Positions 16,195 to 25,277 of a stretch of DNA of 32,888 bases are shown here, in pieces. The position numbers and the translations under genes are program-made. The stretch is taken from IMG/VR virus record IMGVR_UViG_3300016476_000286, positions 1 to 32,888 of that record, one strand, 5' to 3'. The notes beneath the pieces are model-generated. The model made no database searches. It saw nothing but the letters and a program-made list of their open reading frames with translations, and was not told the DNA's origin. The stretch's first letter is position 1, and each line of letters starts with the position of its first letter. Origin of the DNA: a virus (taxonomy: Duplodnaviria > Caudoviricetes).

Positions 16195-16977
16195 ATGGAA
16201 AAGGAAGGATTTTATTTCCCACATTTTAGCAACGCAAGGCACGACAGGAAAATTCGCAGATTGCGTTTAGAACTTGGCATTGAAGGATATGGCATTTATT
16301 TTATGCTATTAGAAACACTTCGAGACCAACACGATTTGTCTTATCCATTAGGAGATTTGGACTTGTTAGCCGATGAATTTGGAACAAGTGAGCAAAAAGT
16401 AAGGGTGGTAGTATGCAATTACAATTTGTTTGATGTTGATGAAGACCAAAAGTTTTTTAGTCCTAAATTACTTTTGTATTTAGAACCGTACTTTAGAAGC
16501 AAACAACAACGCATTGAGGCTGGTAAAGCAAGTGCTTTGAAACGAAAGTTAAACGAAAGTTCAACGACCGTTGGAACGACCGTTCAACAAAGTAAAGTAA
16601 AAGAAAGTAAAGTAAATGAAAAAAAAGAAAATGAAAGTAAATCAAATAAAAGTAAATTAAATGATTTTCTTTCAAGTGAGTTTTTTCAGAATCAATTTGA
16701 AAAACTTTGGATTTCTTATGGTCGTAAAGGCTCAAAGCAAAAAGCACTTTTAGAAGTTAAAAAATTAAACGAGGAAGATTTAAAAAACTTTTGCGAATCA
16801 GAGGAACATATTTTAGCTTACGTTGAAAATACAAAGGATGAACCGAAATATCGCAAAGACTTTGAAAGATACATATCCAATAAATATTGGGAATCAGATA
16901 TTTTCAGAAGTCAAAAAGTTGGTAAAATTGGAAAAACTATGCAACTTTACAACAACCTAATTAATAAAGATTTCTAA
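16195..16977 (+). CDS. Replication initiator, DUF4373 (Lin1244/Lin1753-like) N-terminus
   Basis: YFPHFSNARHDRKI..LR..LGIEGYGIYFMLLE; internal iterons; C-terminal FEKLW..Y.RKGSKQKA...YRKDFERYI. Confidence 0.8.
   Translation: MEKEGFYFPHFSNARHDRKIRRLRLELGIEGYGIYFMLLETLRDQHDLSYPLGDLDLLADEFGTSEQKVRVVVCNYNLFDVDEDQKFFSPKLLLYLEPYFRSKQQRIEAGKASALKRKLNESSTTVGTTVQQSKVKESKVNEKKENESKSNKSKLNDFLSSEFFQNQFEKLWISYGRKGSKQKALLEVKKLNEEDLKNFCESEEHILAYVENTKDEPKYRKDFERYISNKYWESDIFRSQKVGKIGKTMQLYNNLINKDF
16541..16662 (+). repeat. Probable replication origin: four AAC-N4-GTT iterons then A-rich AAAGT repeats
   Basis: AACGAAAGTT at 16541 and 16552, AACGACCGTT at 16563 and 16575. Confidence 0.7.
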
Positions 16978-17693
16978 TGGAACTAATCAAGCACGAATTT
17001 GTTGGTCAAGACCAGCTAATACACCAAGCATCATTTAGCCGTAAACTTTCAGAATTTGATTCTAACGGCTTAAAAAATCTCTTGACATCCGAATACCTTA
17101 AATTTAATTTAAAGTCTGGCAGAGAGCCAAAAAAAGAGGATGAAGCAGTATTTGAAATAACTTTGTTTCGTGAGGAAATTCTGGAATATAAATGGATGAC
17201 CGAAGAGCAATTAAAATTGATTTTTGCAAAGGCATTAAAAGGGGAGTTTGGAGATGAAGTAATTTACTTTTCGATTGCAAATTTTCACAAATGGGCAAAA
17301 AAGTTTTACCAAGAAATTCAGAGGGTAGAATTAAAAGCTATTGAAGCAGAACGAAAGGAGGAAACAAAGCCAATGCCAACCGATGATGAATTGAAAGCAC
17401 ACGCAATTCAAACGATTAATGATTACGTTCATTCGGTTAAAAAATATAGGGATAGAGCAAGGGAATATCAATTTCCGTTTGGTGGCTTACATCACTTATT
17501 CGATTATGCACAAAAGTTTGGTATTATCAATTTAACAAAAGAGCAAAAGCTGAAATTATTAGATGAAATTAATCCAAAGTTGCCACAGGAGGCAAGAGTT
17601 CAAATGGCAAAAGGTCAAGCATATAAGAACTTTATTTACGAACTTGTTGATTTAGATACACATTTAAACGAGGAAGGAAAGCCGATTGTATGA
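16977..17693 (+). CDS. Hypothetical protein, possible helicase loader
   Basis: Coupled directly after the initiator (position only). Confidence 0.6.
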   Translation: MELIKHEFVGQDQLIHQASFSRKLSEFDSNGLKNLLTSEYLKFNLKSGREPKKEDEAVFEITLFREEILEYKWMTEEQLKLIFAKALKGEFGDEVIYFSIANFHKWAKKFYQEIQRVELKAIEAERKEETKPMPTDDELKAHAIQTINDYVHSVKKYRDRAREYQFPFGGLHHLFDYAQKFGIINLTKEQKLKLLDEINPKLPQEARVQMAKGQAYKNFIYELVDLDTHLNEEGKPIV

Positions 17694-18022
17694 GAAACGA
17701 GGAACACAAACTACAAGTTACATTAGTCAAATATTTGCGATACAATGGCATTCTATGCTTTTCGGTTCCTAATCACGGGATTCGTTCCCCAAGAATGGGG
17801 GCATATTACAAAGAGGAAGGAATGTTGGCTGGTGTGGCTGATTTAGTTTTGTTATTCGAAAAAAGATGTATATTTGTGGAGGTAAAAATAGAAAAACAAA
17901 AACAATCTGAAAGCCAAAAAAAGTTCCAAAATTATGTAGAATCTTTGGGATTTGAATATTGGGTAATTAGAAATTTAGAAAACCTAATTGAAAAAATAAA
18001 TGAGAAACGACAATTATCTTGA
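17690..18022 (+). CDS. VRR-NUC domain nuclease
   Basis: EHKLQ, VPN, GMLAGVADL, FVEVK, QSESQKKFQ. Confidence 0.9.
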   Translation: MRNEEHKLQVTLVKYLRYNGILCFSVPNHGIRSPRMGAYYKEEGMLAGVADLVLLFEKRCIFVEVKIEKQKQSESQKKFQNYVESLGFEYWVIRNLENLIEKINEKRQLS

Positions 18023-18308
18023 AAATGGGTGTGGATGGTGCAAGGATTTAGGCATTATGAAACACGAATCTTTTTTTCGTAAAAGATTAATAAATCAAAC
18101 GAGAGTATCGGTAACATGCGACAAGTGCAAATTTTCCAACCAAGTTTGGTTAGACAAAGATTTTTACCTTCGGGTTTATCCTTCCGATACTACTTATTTC
18201 CGAAAACTTTTTAAACAAAAGCCTAATTATGTTGCTACTATCAGAAATCTTGATGCACATCCTAACATTTTGGATATGCTCAATGCCGAGCCAAGAAACA
18301 AAAGTTAA
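18000..18308 (+). CDS. Hypothetical zinc-binding protein
   Basis: CGWC...CDKC. Confidence 0.65.
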   Translation: MRNDNYLENGCGWCKDLGIMKHESFFRKRLINQTRVSVTCDKCKFSNQVWLDKDFYLRVYPSDTTYFRKLFKQKPNYVATIRNLDAHPNILDMLNAEPRNKS

Positions 18309-18394
18309 AGATGACTTTTTTTGCGAGCCAGATTCTACTTATGTAGTTGATGGCATTCAAACTATTACATACAAATCAAAACATTTTTTACAAG

Positions 18395-18613
18395 ATGAAC
18401 ACATCAAATAGATACCAATACAAAATCAGAACAGGAAAGCAAATTGCAATCCTTATGACATCGACATTAGTGTTTGGAATAGCATTAATGGTTTTTGTTC
18501 CATTTACATTTTACTTAATGGATAGAAAAATTGAAAGCAAAGTTAAAATTGAACCTACTATTAAAATCACATACAAAAATGGGAAAGCAGATACTACCTA
18601 CATTTACAGATAG
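18395..18613 (+). CDS. Small membrane protein
   Basis: One TM segment; ATG 18395 preferred. Confidence 0.55.
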   Translation: MNTSNRYQYKIRTGKQIAILMTSTLVFGIALMVFVPFTFYLMDRKIESKVKIEPTIKITYKNGKADTTYIYR

Positions 18614-18656
18614 CAGACAACTTGGTAAATTTTTATATGAGGTCAATCCAAAAACA

Positions 18657-18860
18657 TTGACTGCCGTTGAATGGTTAAATCAAAAAATCCTTCAATCTAC
18701 ACCACAGGAATTTGCAGAGAATTACGAGAAATGGGTTGAAATTGCCAAGCTGATTGAAAATAAACATTTAGGCGATTTTTATGCAAATGGTTTTGATTTT
18801 GGATGGGAACAAAAGCATTACGATTTTGAAATATTTTACGATGAGTATTATATAAAATAG
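18657..18860 (+). CDS. Small 'TAVEWL' family protein
   Basis: In-frame TTG at 18657 after A-rich leader; similar to 19360 protein. Confidence 0.6.
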   Translation: MTAVEWLNQKILQSTPQEFAENYEKWVEIAKLIENKHLGDFYANGFDFGWEQKHYDFEIFYDEYYIK

Positions 18861-18864
18861 ACAA

Positions 18865-19119
18865 ATGAAACTTTATACAGAAAAGCAAGTAAGGGAAATG
18901 TTACTTAAAGCCGATGATTATATTTATCCTGATTTTGCACACGATGAAATTTTATCAGAACATATACCTATCGAACTACCAAGTGAAAATGATTTCAAAA
19001 AAATTATAGATGAAATAGTTAAATCAAAAAATGATTTTGATGAGAAAATAGCAATTTCATCAGGTGCAAATTTAGGTTATTTGTGGGTAATCGAACAAAT
19101 TAAACAACAAGCAGAATGA
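18865..19119 (+). CDS. Hypothetical protein
   Basis: 84 aa, tightly packed. Confidence 0.7.
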   Translation: MKLYTEKQVREMLLKADDYIYPDFAHDEILSEHIPIELPSENDFKKIIDEIVKSKNDFDEKIAISSGANLGYLWVIEQIKQQAE

Positions 19120-19343
19120 AAGCAAAAGAAATAGAAAATAAACTAAAAAGTGGCTGTAAGTTAATACATAAGCATAATAATTATTTTGATGATTGGTATT
19201 TTATTGATTCAGTAGAGATTAAAAATAGGTTACGTGAAGACCAATTTTTAAAATATAAAGCACAATGTAGCAATAAAGATGAAAGCCAAAGCCAAATAAA
19301 TTTTATTAGGGGGCAGAGTTATTATCATTATTATTGGATTTAA
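19116..19343 (+). CDS. Hypothetical protein flanked by 14-bp direct repeats
   Basis: ATGA overlap; AAACAACAAGCAGA at 19102 and 19347. Confidence 0.65.
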   Translation: MKAKEIENKLKSGCKLIHKHNNYFDDWYFIDSVEIKNRLREDQFLKYKAQCSNKDESQSQINFIRGQSYYHYYWI

Positions 19344-19359
19344 ATCAAACAACAAGCAG

Positions 19360-19635
19360 ATGGAAAATAAACAAACACCTGTTGAATATCTCTTAAAAGA
19401 ATTATGGGATAATATTATTTCAGATGAATATTTACAAAATTTATCTTTTGAAAAAACGCAATTAGCAAAAGAAATTGCAAGATTTGCTAAACATTGTGAA
19501 AAGCAATTAATTATAAATGCTTTTGATGAAGGAACAGAAAACAATAATTTTTGGTCAAAAAAATATAAAAATGGAGAAGATTTTTACAATAAATTTATAA
19601 AAACTTATGAACGAGAATCAAAAGAAAGCCATTGA
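19360..19635 (+). CDS. Small 'TPVEYL' family protein
   Basis: KQTPVEYL...AK..EKQLII.AF..G...EDFYN. Confidence 0.7.
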   Translation: MENKQTPVEYLLKELWDNIISDEYLQNLSFEKTQLAKEIARFAKHCEKQLIINAFDEGTENNNFWSKKYKNGEDFYNKFIKTYERESKESH

Positions 19636-19813
19636 ATGGATTGACCAACAATTAGCAAAGCCAGATTTTAGCTTTAAAATTTCGGCTTCGGTAATATTGT
19701 CCGTGCATCACTTTTTAGAAGTTCAAAAGGAAAGAATTTTAAATGGTGCTGGAGTAGAACAAGTTGCAGCATACAGGAGAACTAAAAAACTAAAAGATGA
19801 AACTATCAGATAA
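19607..19813 (+). CDS. Hypothetical protein
   Basis: 68 aa overlapping neighbours. Confidence 0.6.
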   Translation: MNENQKKAIEWIDQQLAKPDFSFKISASVILSVHHFLEVQKERILNGAGVEQVAAYRRTKKLKDETIR

Positions 19814-20138
19814 AGATTCACTAATTGCATTTGCTGGATTGACAAATGCCTTGACAGACCTAATAGAAAACGATGTAAAACATTCAGCTTTATTTAGGCG
19901 AGAGATTAAATACCACGCAAATCATTTGCTAAAAGAATTGCTAAAGGTAACGGATAAGATTTACGATGGATGTGATGACCCTAATGTAGTTGAGCAACAT
20001 ATTGAAGCTGGGGAGGCAATGTTAAAGTTTTTTGTTCTTGGCTTACGAATGATTGATATGGATTCTACCAAACAACAGGGATTAAACACCCAGATAAACA
20101 TTCTTTTGAAAAATTACGATATAGATTTGGATTTTTGA
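19797..20138 (+). CDS. Hypothetical protein
   Basis: 113-aa helical ORF. Confidence 0.7.
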   Translation: MKLSDKDSLIAFAGLTNALTDLIENDVKHSALFRREIKYHANHLLKELLKVTDKIYDGCDDPNVVEQHIEAGEAMLKFFVLGLRMIDMDSTKQQGLNTQINILLKNYDIDLDF

Positions 20139-20159
20139 AATAAAAAGTTTATAACTTTG
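20135..20159 (+). promoter_or_regulatory. Bacteroidota-type promoter
   Basis: TAACTTTG at 20152-20159, upstream of the DUF3310/sigma genes. Confidence 0.55.
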
Positions 20160-20170
20160 TAAAAAAAACT

Positions 20171-20440
20171 ATGGAGTACATTAATCATCCCATTCACTAT
20201 CAAGGCAAAAGCATCGAGGTAATTGAAATTATTGATGAGTTTGATTTGTCTTTCTCACTTGGTAACGTAATCAAATACATTTTAAGATCCAAAAAGAAAG
20301 GCAATATGGTTCAAGACCTTGAAAAAGCCAAATGGTATCTGGAACACGAAATCAATAAGCACAAGCCAATCGTTGAAAAGCCTATGGCTATACCATCCCT
20401 CCCAATCGATGAGAATTTCATAGCTGAATTGAACGGATGA
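20171..20440 (+). CDS. DUF3310 family protein
   Basis: INHPIHY..KSIEVIEII, FSLGNVIKYILR..KK..VQDLEKAKWYL. Confidence 0.88.
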   Translation: MEYINHPIHYQGKSIEVIEIIDEFDLSFSLGNVIKYILRSKKKGNMVQDLEKAKWYLEHEINKHKPIVEKPMAIPSLPIDENFIAELNG

Positions 20441-20619
20441 AACCAGATTTAAAAGCCAAAAGTATTTACAGAAATGCAATCTTTTTTACAAAAGAACATA
20501 AAATGGCTTATGAGTTATGTTTGTTCATTATCAATTCACACATCAATTATTGTAGAAAGATGGATGACAAAGCATATTGGATAGAAGTCAAAATGGCATT
20601 AGATGCAAACAATAACTGA
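20437..20619 (+). CDS. Small hypothetical protein
   Basis: 60 aa, coupled; weakly resembles 25051 protein. Confidence 0.6.
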   Translation: MKPDLKAKSIYRNAIFFTKEHKMAYELCLFIINSHINYCRKMDDKAYWIEVKMALDANNN

Positions 20620-21073
20620 ACTTGTAGCACTCCATAAGCATTGGATTAAAATTGTCCGAAAATTCGGGGAGTGGCATTATGCCGAAGATATAGTACAAGA
20701 AGCATATCTAAAAGCGTTGAGTTCAAAAAAAGAGATTAATTATGCCTATTTTTACCTAATACTTCGTTCCTTAACGATGAACTTACATAAAGCGAAGGTT
20801 GATAAGGTCGAGATAGAAAACATTCCTGACATCGAAGATATTGAGGAAATAGACATCGAGGAATATACGAAGCCGATAATGGATTTCATTAACACTTGGG
20901 AGGACTATGACAGACTTATGTTTTTGATTTGGGTAAACAAAGGTATCTCAATGCGTAAAATGGCAAGGGAATCTGGCATACCATTTATGAGCATATACAA
21001 CACAATTAGAAATTGTAAAGAAAAAATAAAGCAATGGCAAAAAGAAAATCAAAAGGTCTTGGCGACACGTTAG
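20603..21073 (+). CDS. ECF-like sigma-70 family factor (probable late transcription regulator)
   Basis: Region 2 AEDIVQEAYLK; region 4 HTH ISMRKMARESGIPFMSIYNTIRNCKEKIK. Confidence 0.8.
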   Translation: MQTITELVALHKHWIKIVRKFGEWHYAEDIVQEAYLKALSSKKEINYAYFYLILRSLTMNLHKAKVDKVEIENIPDIEDIEEIDIEEYTKPIMDFINTWEDYDRLMFLIWVNKGISMRKMARESGIPFMSIYNTIRNCKEKIKQWQKENQKVLATR

Positions 21074-21399
21074 AGAAAATCACGGAAGCCACAGGAATTA
21101 AATCAGCAGTTAAATTGTTTACTGATATTACAGGCATAGATTGTGGATGCGATGAACGAAAAGCAAAGCTAAACGCAATGTTTCCTTATCGTGCAACTAA
21201 TTGCTTAAATGAAACCGATTATAACTACCTTAAACAATTTTTTAGCGAAACACATAACGAGTTATCCATACAAAAACAAATGGAACTTGGAGAGGTTTAT
21301 AAGAATGTATTCGGTCAAGATTTAACGTATAGTTCTTGTCCGAGTTGCTGGAGGGATTACATTAGTCAATTACGCAAAGTTTACGAGACTTATCTTTGA
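21034..21399 (+). CDS. Conserved phage hypothetical protein
   Basis: SKGLGDTLEKITEATGIK, DCGCDERK, SSCPSCW. Confidence 0.75.
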   Translation: MAKRKSKGLGDTLEKITEATGIKSAVKLFTDITGIDCGCDERKAKLNAMFPYRATNCLNETDYNYLKQFFSETHNELSIQKQMELGEVYKNVFGQDLTYSSCPSCWRDYISQLRKVYETYL

Positions 21400-21659
21400 A
21401 AAAGCATACTAAAATTTATTTAGAGTATTTTAAATTTTGCGAATCGGATTATATCCCTTGTGAGATATGCAAAAGACAAGCCGTAGACATCCATCACATA
21501 AACGCAAGAGGAATGGGAGGAAGTAAATCGGCTGACAAAATAGAAAATTTGATGGCAGTATGTAGGCAATGCCATATAGAGTTCGGGGATAAAAAACAAT
21601 ACAAAGAGGAATTAAAACAAATTCACAATGAATATTTAAAGAGACATTTACGCAAATAA
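21396..21659 (+). CDS. Small HNH endonuclease
   Basis: CEIC...DIHHI..RGMGGS...ENLMAVCRQCH. Confidence 0.85.
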   Translation: MKKHTKIYLEYFKFCESDYIPCEICKRQAVDIHHINARGMGGSKSADKIENLMAVCRQCHIEFGDKKQYKEELKQIHNEYLKRHLRK

Positions 21660-21674
21660 ATGGAAATTATTTTA

Positions 21675-21682
21675 TATATTTG
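21675..21682 (+). promoter_or_regulatory. Bacteroidota -7 element abutting ATG 21686
   Basis: TATATTTG, then 3 nt, then ATG. Confidence 0.5.
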
Positions 21683-21685
21683 AAT

Positions 21686-22273
21686 ATGAAAAAATTTATT
21701 TGCAAAAATTGTAATATTGAATTTGAATCAAAAAAATTATGTAAAAGCAGAATACCAAAATTCTGCTCAAAAAAATGTTCTGCAATTTATAATTGTTCAA
21801 AAGCAGAAACTAAAAATAAAATGTCTATTGCTAAAATAGGGAAAGAGCCTTATAATAAGTTAAAAAGATATTTTAGTGAATGTCTTGAATGTAATTGTAA
21901 GATTGAAAATAAATTGAATGCAAAATATATTAAAAAGTTTTGCTCAATGAAATGCAGAAATTTAAATTACAAAAAAAGAGATTATTCGCATATAAGTGGT
22001 ATAAATAGCCATTTGTATATTCACGGTAAATGTACTCAAAATGAAAAAGATAGAAAATCGTCAAAATATAAAGAATGGAGATTAAACGTTTTTTATAGAG
22101 ATAGCTTTACTTGCGTTATTTGTAATAAAAAAGGAGGAGTTTTAAATGCTGACCATATATTATCATTTGCTCATTATCCAGAATTAAGATTTGATATTAA
22201 CAATGGAAGGACTTTGTGTTATGAATGCCATAAACAAACAGATAATTTTGGAGTTAAAAATATAAAAAAATGA
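21686..22273 (+). CDS. HNH endonuclease with two N-terminal Cys4 zinc-finger repeats
   Basis: CxxC...KFCSxKC twice; WRLNVFYRDSFTCVIC..LNADHI...NGRTLCYECH; very AT-rich. Confidence 0.88.
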   Translation: MKKFICKNCNIEFESKKLCKSRIPKFCSKKCSAIYNCSKAETKNKMSIAKIGKEPYNKLKRYFSECLECNCKIENKLNAKYIKKFCSMKCRNLNYKKRDYSHISGINSHLYIHGKCTQNEKDRKSSKYKEWRLNVFYRDSFTCVICNKKGGVLNADHILSFAHYPELRFDINNGRTLCYECHKQTDNFGVKNIKK

Positions 22274-23460
22274 AAATTGAAAAAATTAAAATTTCAAGAC
22301 TCAAATCAAACAAAGGTCAAATTGATGGATTGCCAACAAATCCAAGATTGATTAAAGATGACAAGTTTAAGAAATTAAAAAAATCCATTGAAGACCATCC
22401 AGAGATGTTGGCTTTGCGTGAGTTAATTGTATATCCTTTAAAAGATGATTACATCGTTATTGCTGGTAATATGAGATTGGCGGCAATGAAGGATTTAGGA
22501 TATAAAGAAGCTATTTGTAAAATACTTGATGTTGATGTTTCAGTTGAACAATTAAGAGCATATACAATAAAAGATAACATTGGATATGGCGAACACGATT
22601 GGGATGCTTTGGCTAATGAATGGGATGAGAATGATTTAGTTGAATGGGGTTTAGATGTGCCTGTCTTTGATGTGGAAGATTTAGGCGAAGCAGAGGAAGA
22701 CAATTACGAGATGCCAGATGAAATTAAAACCGATATTGTTTTAGGAGATTTAATTGAAATTGGAGAACATCGTTTGCTTTGTGGGGATTCAACGGATAGC
22801 GACCAAGTTGCAAAGCTGATGAATGGGGAAAAAGCTGATATGGTTTTTACAGACCCTCCTTATGGAATATCGCATAGTGGCAAAGGAATTACTGCACCTA
22901 CAAAAAGTGGAAGAATTGTTCAAGGAAATAATTTTGGAGAAATTTTAGGAGATAGTAATGTAAATGTTGCAATAGATACTTTTAATTTAATTTATTCACT
23001 ATATCCAAATGCAACTCATATATGGTGGGGTGCAAATTATTATTCATCTATTTTACCAAATGGATATGGTTGGCTTGTATGGGATAAGGAAAGAGTAGGA
23101 GATACATTTAGTGGTGCTGAATTAGCATTTGTTAATAAAGGAATTAAAGTAGATGTTTTCCGCCATATGTGGCATGGAATAGCAAAGGCATCAGAATCAG
23201 GAGAAAAAAGATTACATCCTACACAAAAACCAGTTGCATTAGTAAATTGGGCGTTTCAAAATTATAAAGCAGGAAATTTAATTTTAGATTTATTTCTTGG
23301 TTCTGGTTCTACAATGGTAGCATCACATCAATTAAAACGTAAATGCTATGGGATGGAACTTGACCCGAAATATTGCCAAGTAATAGTAGACCGAATGCGT
23401 AAACTTGACCCAACATTAGTAATCAAAACAAACGGAGAAATATGGAATACGACAGAGTAA
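22270..23460 (+). CDS. ParB-like domain fused to beta-class N6A/N4C DNA methyltransferase
   Basis: NPR.IK...IAGNMRLAA; HRLLCGDS, TDPPY, HPTQKP, LDLFLGSGST, GMELDPKY. Confidence 0.92.
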   Translation: MKIEKIKISRLKSNKGQIDGLPTNPRLIKDDKFKKLKKSIEDHPEMLALRELIVYPLKDDYIVIAGNMRLAAMKDLGYKEAICKILDVDVSVEQLRAYTIKDNIGYGEHDWDALANEWDENDLVEWGLDVPVFDVEDLGEAEEDNYEMPDEIKTDIVLGDLIEIGEHRLLCGDSTDSDQVAKLMNGEKADMVFTDPPYGISHSGKGITAPTKSGRIVQGNNFGEILGDSNVNVAIDTFNLIYSLYPNATHIWWGANYYSSILPNGYGWLVWDKERVGDTFSGAELAFVNKGIKVDVFRHMWHGIAKASESGEKRLHPTQKPVALVNWAFQNYKAGNLILDLFLGSGSTMVASHQLKRKCYGMELDPKYCQVIVDRMRKLDPTLVIKTNGEIWNTTE

Positions 23461-23834
23461 AAATATTAGAGCAAGCAAAAGAAGCTATTGTTAAACATAA
23501 GCTATTTTTTATTGATGACATTGTGGCTTATTTGCCAATTAGCAGAGGTACTTTTTATAATTGGGGATTCGACAAATTGGATGACCTAAAAGAATTGCTC
23601 ACGCAAAATCGTGTTGAGTTAAAGGTATCAATGCGTTCAAAATGGTACAAGTCAAATAGCCCAGCATTACAAATGGCACTAATGAAATTAATTGCATCCG
23701 ATGAGGAATTGCGTAAACTTGCAATGAATTACCAAGATGTAACAAGTGGTGGCGAAAAGATTAATTTCAATATTAATGATGTGATTAAGTTCGATGATAA
23801 AGCTGAATCCGAAGTGGCGGAATCTATGGAGTAA
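23442..23834 (+). CDS. terS: Terminase small subunit (putative)
   Basis: HTH-like ISRGTFYNW, C-terminal DVTSGGEKI, directly before terL. Confidence 0.75.
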   Translation: MEYDRVKILEQAKEAIVKHKLFFIDDIVAYLPISRGTFYNWGFDKLDDLKELLTQNRVELKVSMRSKWYKSNSPALQMALMKLIASDEELRKLAMNYQDVTSGGEKINFNINDVIKFDDKAESEVAESME

Positions 23835-24996
23835 TACACGTTACTTTATTGTAACAGGAGGTCGTGGGAGTTCTAAATCATTTGCAGTTGGAACTTTTGC
23901 GACCTTACTATCTTTTGAGCAAGATGAAAAGATTTTGTTTACAAGGCAAACAATGACTTCGGCACATTTGTCGATTATTCCAGAGTTCAAGGAAAAGATT
24001 GAGCTAATGAATTTCGATGACAAGTTTGAGGTATTGAAAACCGAAATCACTAATAAGCTATCTGATTCACAAATTTTATTTAGAGGGATTAAGACATCAA
24101 GCGGAGACCAAACGGCAAATTTAAAATCTTTGCAAGGTGTTACCACTTGGATAGTAGATGAAGCGGAGGAACTAACTGATGAAGCCACATTTGATAAGAT
24201 TAACCTATCAATCCGTTCAAGCAAAAAACAAAACAGGGTAATTCTGATTCTGAATCCAAGCACCAAAGAGCATTGGATTTACAAACGATTCTTTGAGGGT
24301 ATGGGTGTGGAAGCTGGGTTCAATGGAACAAAGGAAGATGTAACCTATATTCACACGACCTACCAAGATAATCTCGAAAACTTACCAAAATCATTCCTTG
24401 ATGAAATTGAACGTATTAAGCAAAACAATCCAAGCAAATACCAACACGCAATAAAAGGAGGATGGCTCGATAAACAAGAAGGGGTAGTATTTACAAATTG
24501 GAAGTTTGGTAAGTTTAATCCAGATGGATTACAAGAATCATTTGGAATGGACTTCGGCTTTGCAGTAGACCCAGATGCTTTAGTTCGGGTAGCTATTGAC
24601 AAGGCAAAGCAAACGATTTACGTTAAACAAGAGATTTACCAAAAAGGATTAAAAACACACGAACTTTCAAAGCTGATGAAGGGAATCGTTGGCAATGGTT
24701 TTGTAATTGCCGATTCAGCAGAACCAAGACTAATCGATGATTTAAAGTTTGCTGGAATTAATATCGAAGGAGTTAAAAAGGGAACGATTGAAAGTGGTAT
24801 TGTTCGAATGCAAGATTACCTAATTATTGTTGAGGAAAATAGCCAAGACATTGCGAAAGAATTTAACAATTTTGTATATTTGAATAAGGCTTCCAAGTTA
24901 TATGTAGATGATTGGAATCACTTAATAGATGCAATTCGTTATAACCTAATTTATCATTTAGACAATCCAAATCAAGGCAATTACTTTATTCATTAA
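23794..24996 (+). CDS. terL: Terminase large subunit, PBSX-type
   Basis: GGRGSSKS Walker A, WIVDEAEE Walker B, LNP, GMDFGF..DP, ADSAEP, NHLIDAIRY. Confidence 0.95.
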   Translation: MIKLNPKWRNLWSNTRYFIVTGGRGSSKSFAVGTFATLLSFEQDEKILFTRQTMTSAHLSIIPEFKEKIELMNFDDKFEVLKTEITNKLSDSQILFRGIKTSSGDQTANLKSLQGVTTWIVDEAEELTDEATFDKINLSIRSSKKQNRVILILNPSTKEHWIYKRFFEGMGVEAGFNGTKEDVTYIHTTYQDNLENLPKSFLDEIERIKQNNPSKYQHAIKGGWLDKQEGVVFTNWKFGKFNPDGLQESFGMDFGFAVDPDALVRVAIDKAKQTIYVKQEIYQKGLKTHELSKLMKGIVGNGFVIADSAEPRLIDDLKFAGINIEGVKKGTIESGIVRMQDYLIIVEENSQDIAKEFNNFVYLNKASKLYVDDWNHLIDAIRYNLIYHLDNPNQGNYFIH

Positions 24997-25050
24997 TTAT
25001 ATTCACATTATCAGCTTAATTCTGACATTTAACCTACAAAAACAATTATT

Positions 25051-25257
25051 ATGACACCGAGAGAAAAAGCCATTGAATTAATTGCAAAGTTTGATGATTC
25101 TATGGAATATTCAACTCCGTCAAGATTTGCTAAAAAATCTGCATTAGTTGCATTAAATGAAATGCACGAATTTGCCGTTGAATATATGAGCCACGAAAAT
25201 CTTATTTTAGCATTGGCAGATATAGAAGAGATAAGGCAAGAAATACAAAAACTATAA
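25051..25257 (+). CDS. Small 'MTPREKA' protein between terL and tail genes
   Basis: A-rich leader; 68 aa. Confidence 0.7.
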   Translation: MTPREKAIELIAKFDDSMEYSTPSRFAKKSALVALNEMHEFAVEYMSHENLILALADIEEIRQEIQKL

Positions 25258-25277
25258 AATTAAGTTTATACAATATG
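25245..25277 (+). promoter_or_regulatory. Putative phage late promoter (ACAAAA-N13-GTTTA-N6-ATG)
   Basis: Third copy of motif, heads the tail gene block. Confidence 0.55.

Noticed and set aside
16541-16662. CRISPR-like array
   Set aside because: Units are 10 bp with 1-2-nt spacers inside a CDS; iterons explain them better.
18229-18411. 60-aa ORF (or 42 aa from ATG 18283)
   Set aside because: Could fill a gap but overlaps both neighbours and has no supporting motif.
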